64,000 nt of DNA from Octopus sinensis (lineage: Eukaryota), in NCBI RefSeq assembly GCF_006345805.1, contig NC_043010.1, positions 65,410,001 through 65,474,000 on the forward strand, in the 5' to 3' direction. Made by a program: the position numbers and the translations under genes. The notes beneath the pieces were generated by a model that searched no databases, was not told where the DNA came from, and worked only from the letters and a program-made list of their open reading frames with translations. Below, piece by piece: positions 63,457 through 64,000 of the stretch. The stretch's first letter is position 1. The number at the start of each line of letters is the position of its first letter.

Positions 63457-63784
63457 TTCACATGTAATAAGTGCAGAAAGGCCTTTCTGACCTCTTCTTA
63501 AAATTGGCATCTGGGGTGTGCGCACATTCTCATTTGCGACCCATGAAAAACGAACCCCCACCAACTACTTTGCCTAAATATATGTGCACACCTTTCAACG
63601 CCATGTATACCATAAGGTCTGTAAATCTAACAGTCCCCAAAAGACATTTTACGATCCGCAAAGATCAGAACTTAACTGCAGCTCTTGGTGGTCCAAATCA
63701 GATATGGAATTTATGAGGTTGTCTTTTCAATACAAGGTTTCGTTAAAAAGCCACATTAGACGCCACGATGGATCTAAGGCATAA
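63457..63784 (+). pseudogene. Degenerate C2H2 zinc-finger coding relic
   Basis: FTCNKCRKAFLTSS*NWHLGCAH (63457-63525) and ...SFQYKVSLKSHIRRH (F-x5-L-x2-H-x3-H) ending at TAA 63782-63784; frames disrupted. Confidence 0.4.
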
Positions 63785-63829
63785 GTACAAGAATGGTCAG
63801 ACTCTACATAAGGAGTAGACAACCAACAC

Positions 63830-63895
<66 letters not shown>

Positions 63896-64000
63896 AAATA
63901 GAAAGTGAATAATCTTGTAGTAGATTAATCAAAAGTTTAACCGATACCTTGGTAGCAAAAATCACAGCAGTAAACAGCACGGTGGAGGTACAACCATATG

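Overview
This is eukaryotic, repeat-dominated DNA of Octopus (coleoid cephalopod) type: dense (TA)n/(CA)n/(TACA)n/(GATA)n/(AAT)n microsatellites, two or three abundant tRNA-derived SINE families, decayed Tc1/mariner, Helitron and RLE-type LINE fragments, and a 100-N scaffold gap at 36060-36159. The species assignment is inferred from repeat style only. Almost all ORFs in the supplied track are microsatellite translation noise. One real gene can be assembled by hand on the + strand from four GT-AG exons whose phases match (40198-40557, 41837-41981, 45539-45836, 48689-50318; 2433 nt, 810 aa). It encodes a predicted secreted protein: signal peptide, LRRNT, several degenerate LRRs, an LRRCT-like cap, then a ~540-aa highly basic tail with a 2x42-aa repeat and no transmembrane segment. 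About 14-16 kb upstream (about 23990-26420) lie heavily decayed, apparently intronless sequences resembling the same LRR cassette. The most unusual signal is a set of minimal type-I hammerhead-ribozyme-like motifs in several unrelated short repeats, most of them bounded by microsatellites. They include a 136-bp spacer-free palindrome carrying a hammerhead on each strand (55098-55233) and one copy with an intact canonical core (12091-12133, minus). This points to Penelope-like pLTR or retrozyme-type elements. All structures were read by eye; none was computed or searched against databases.
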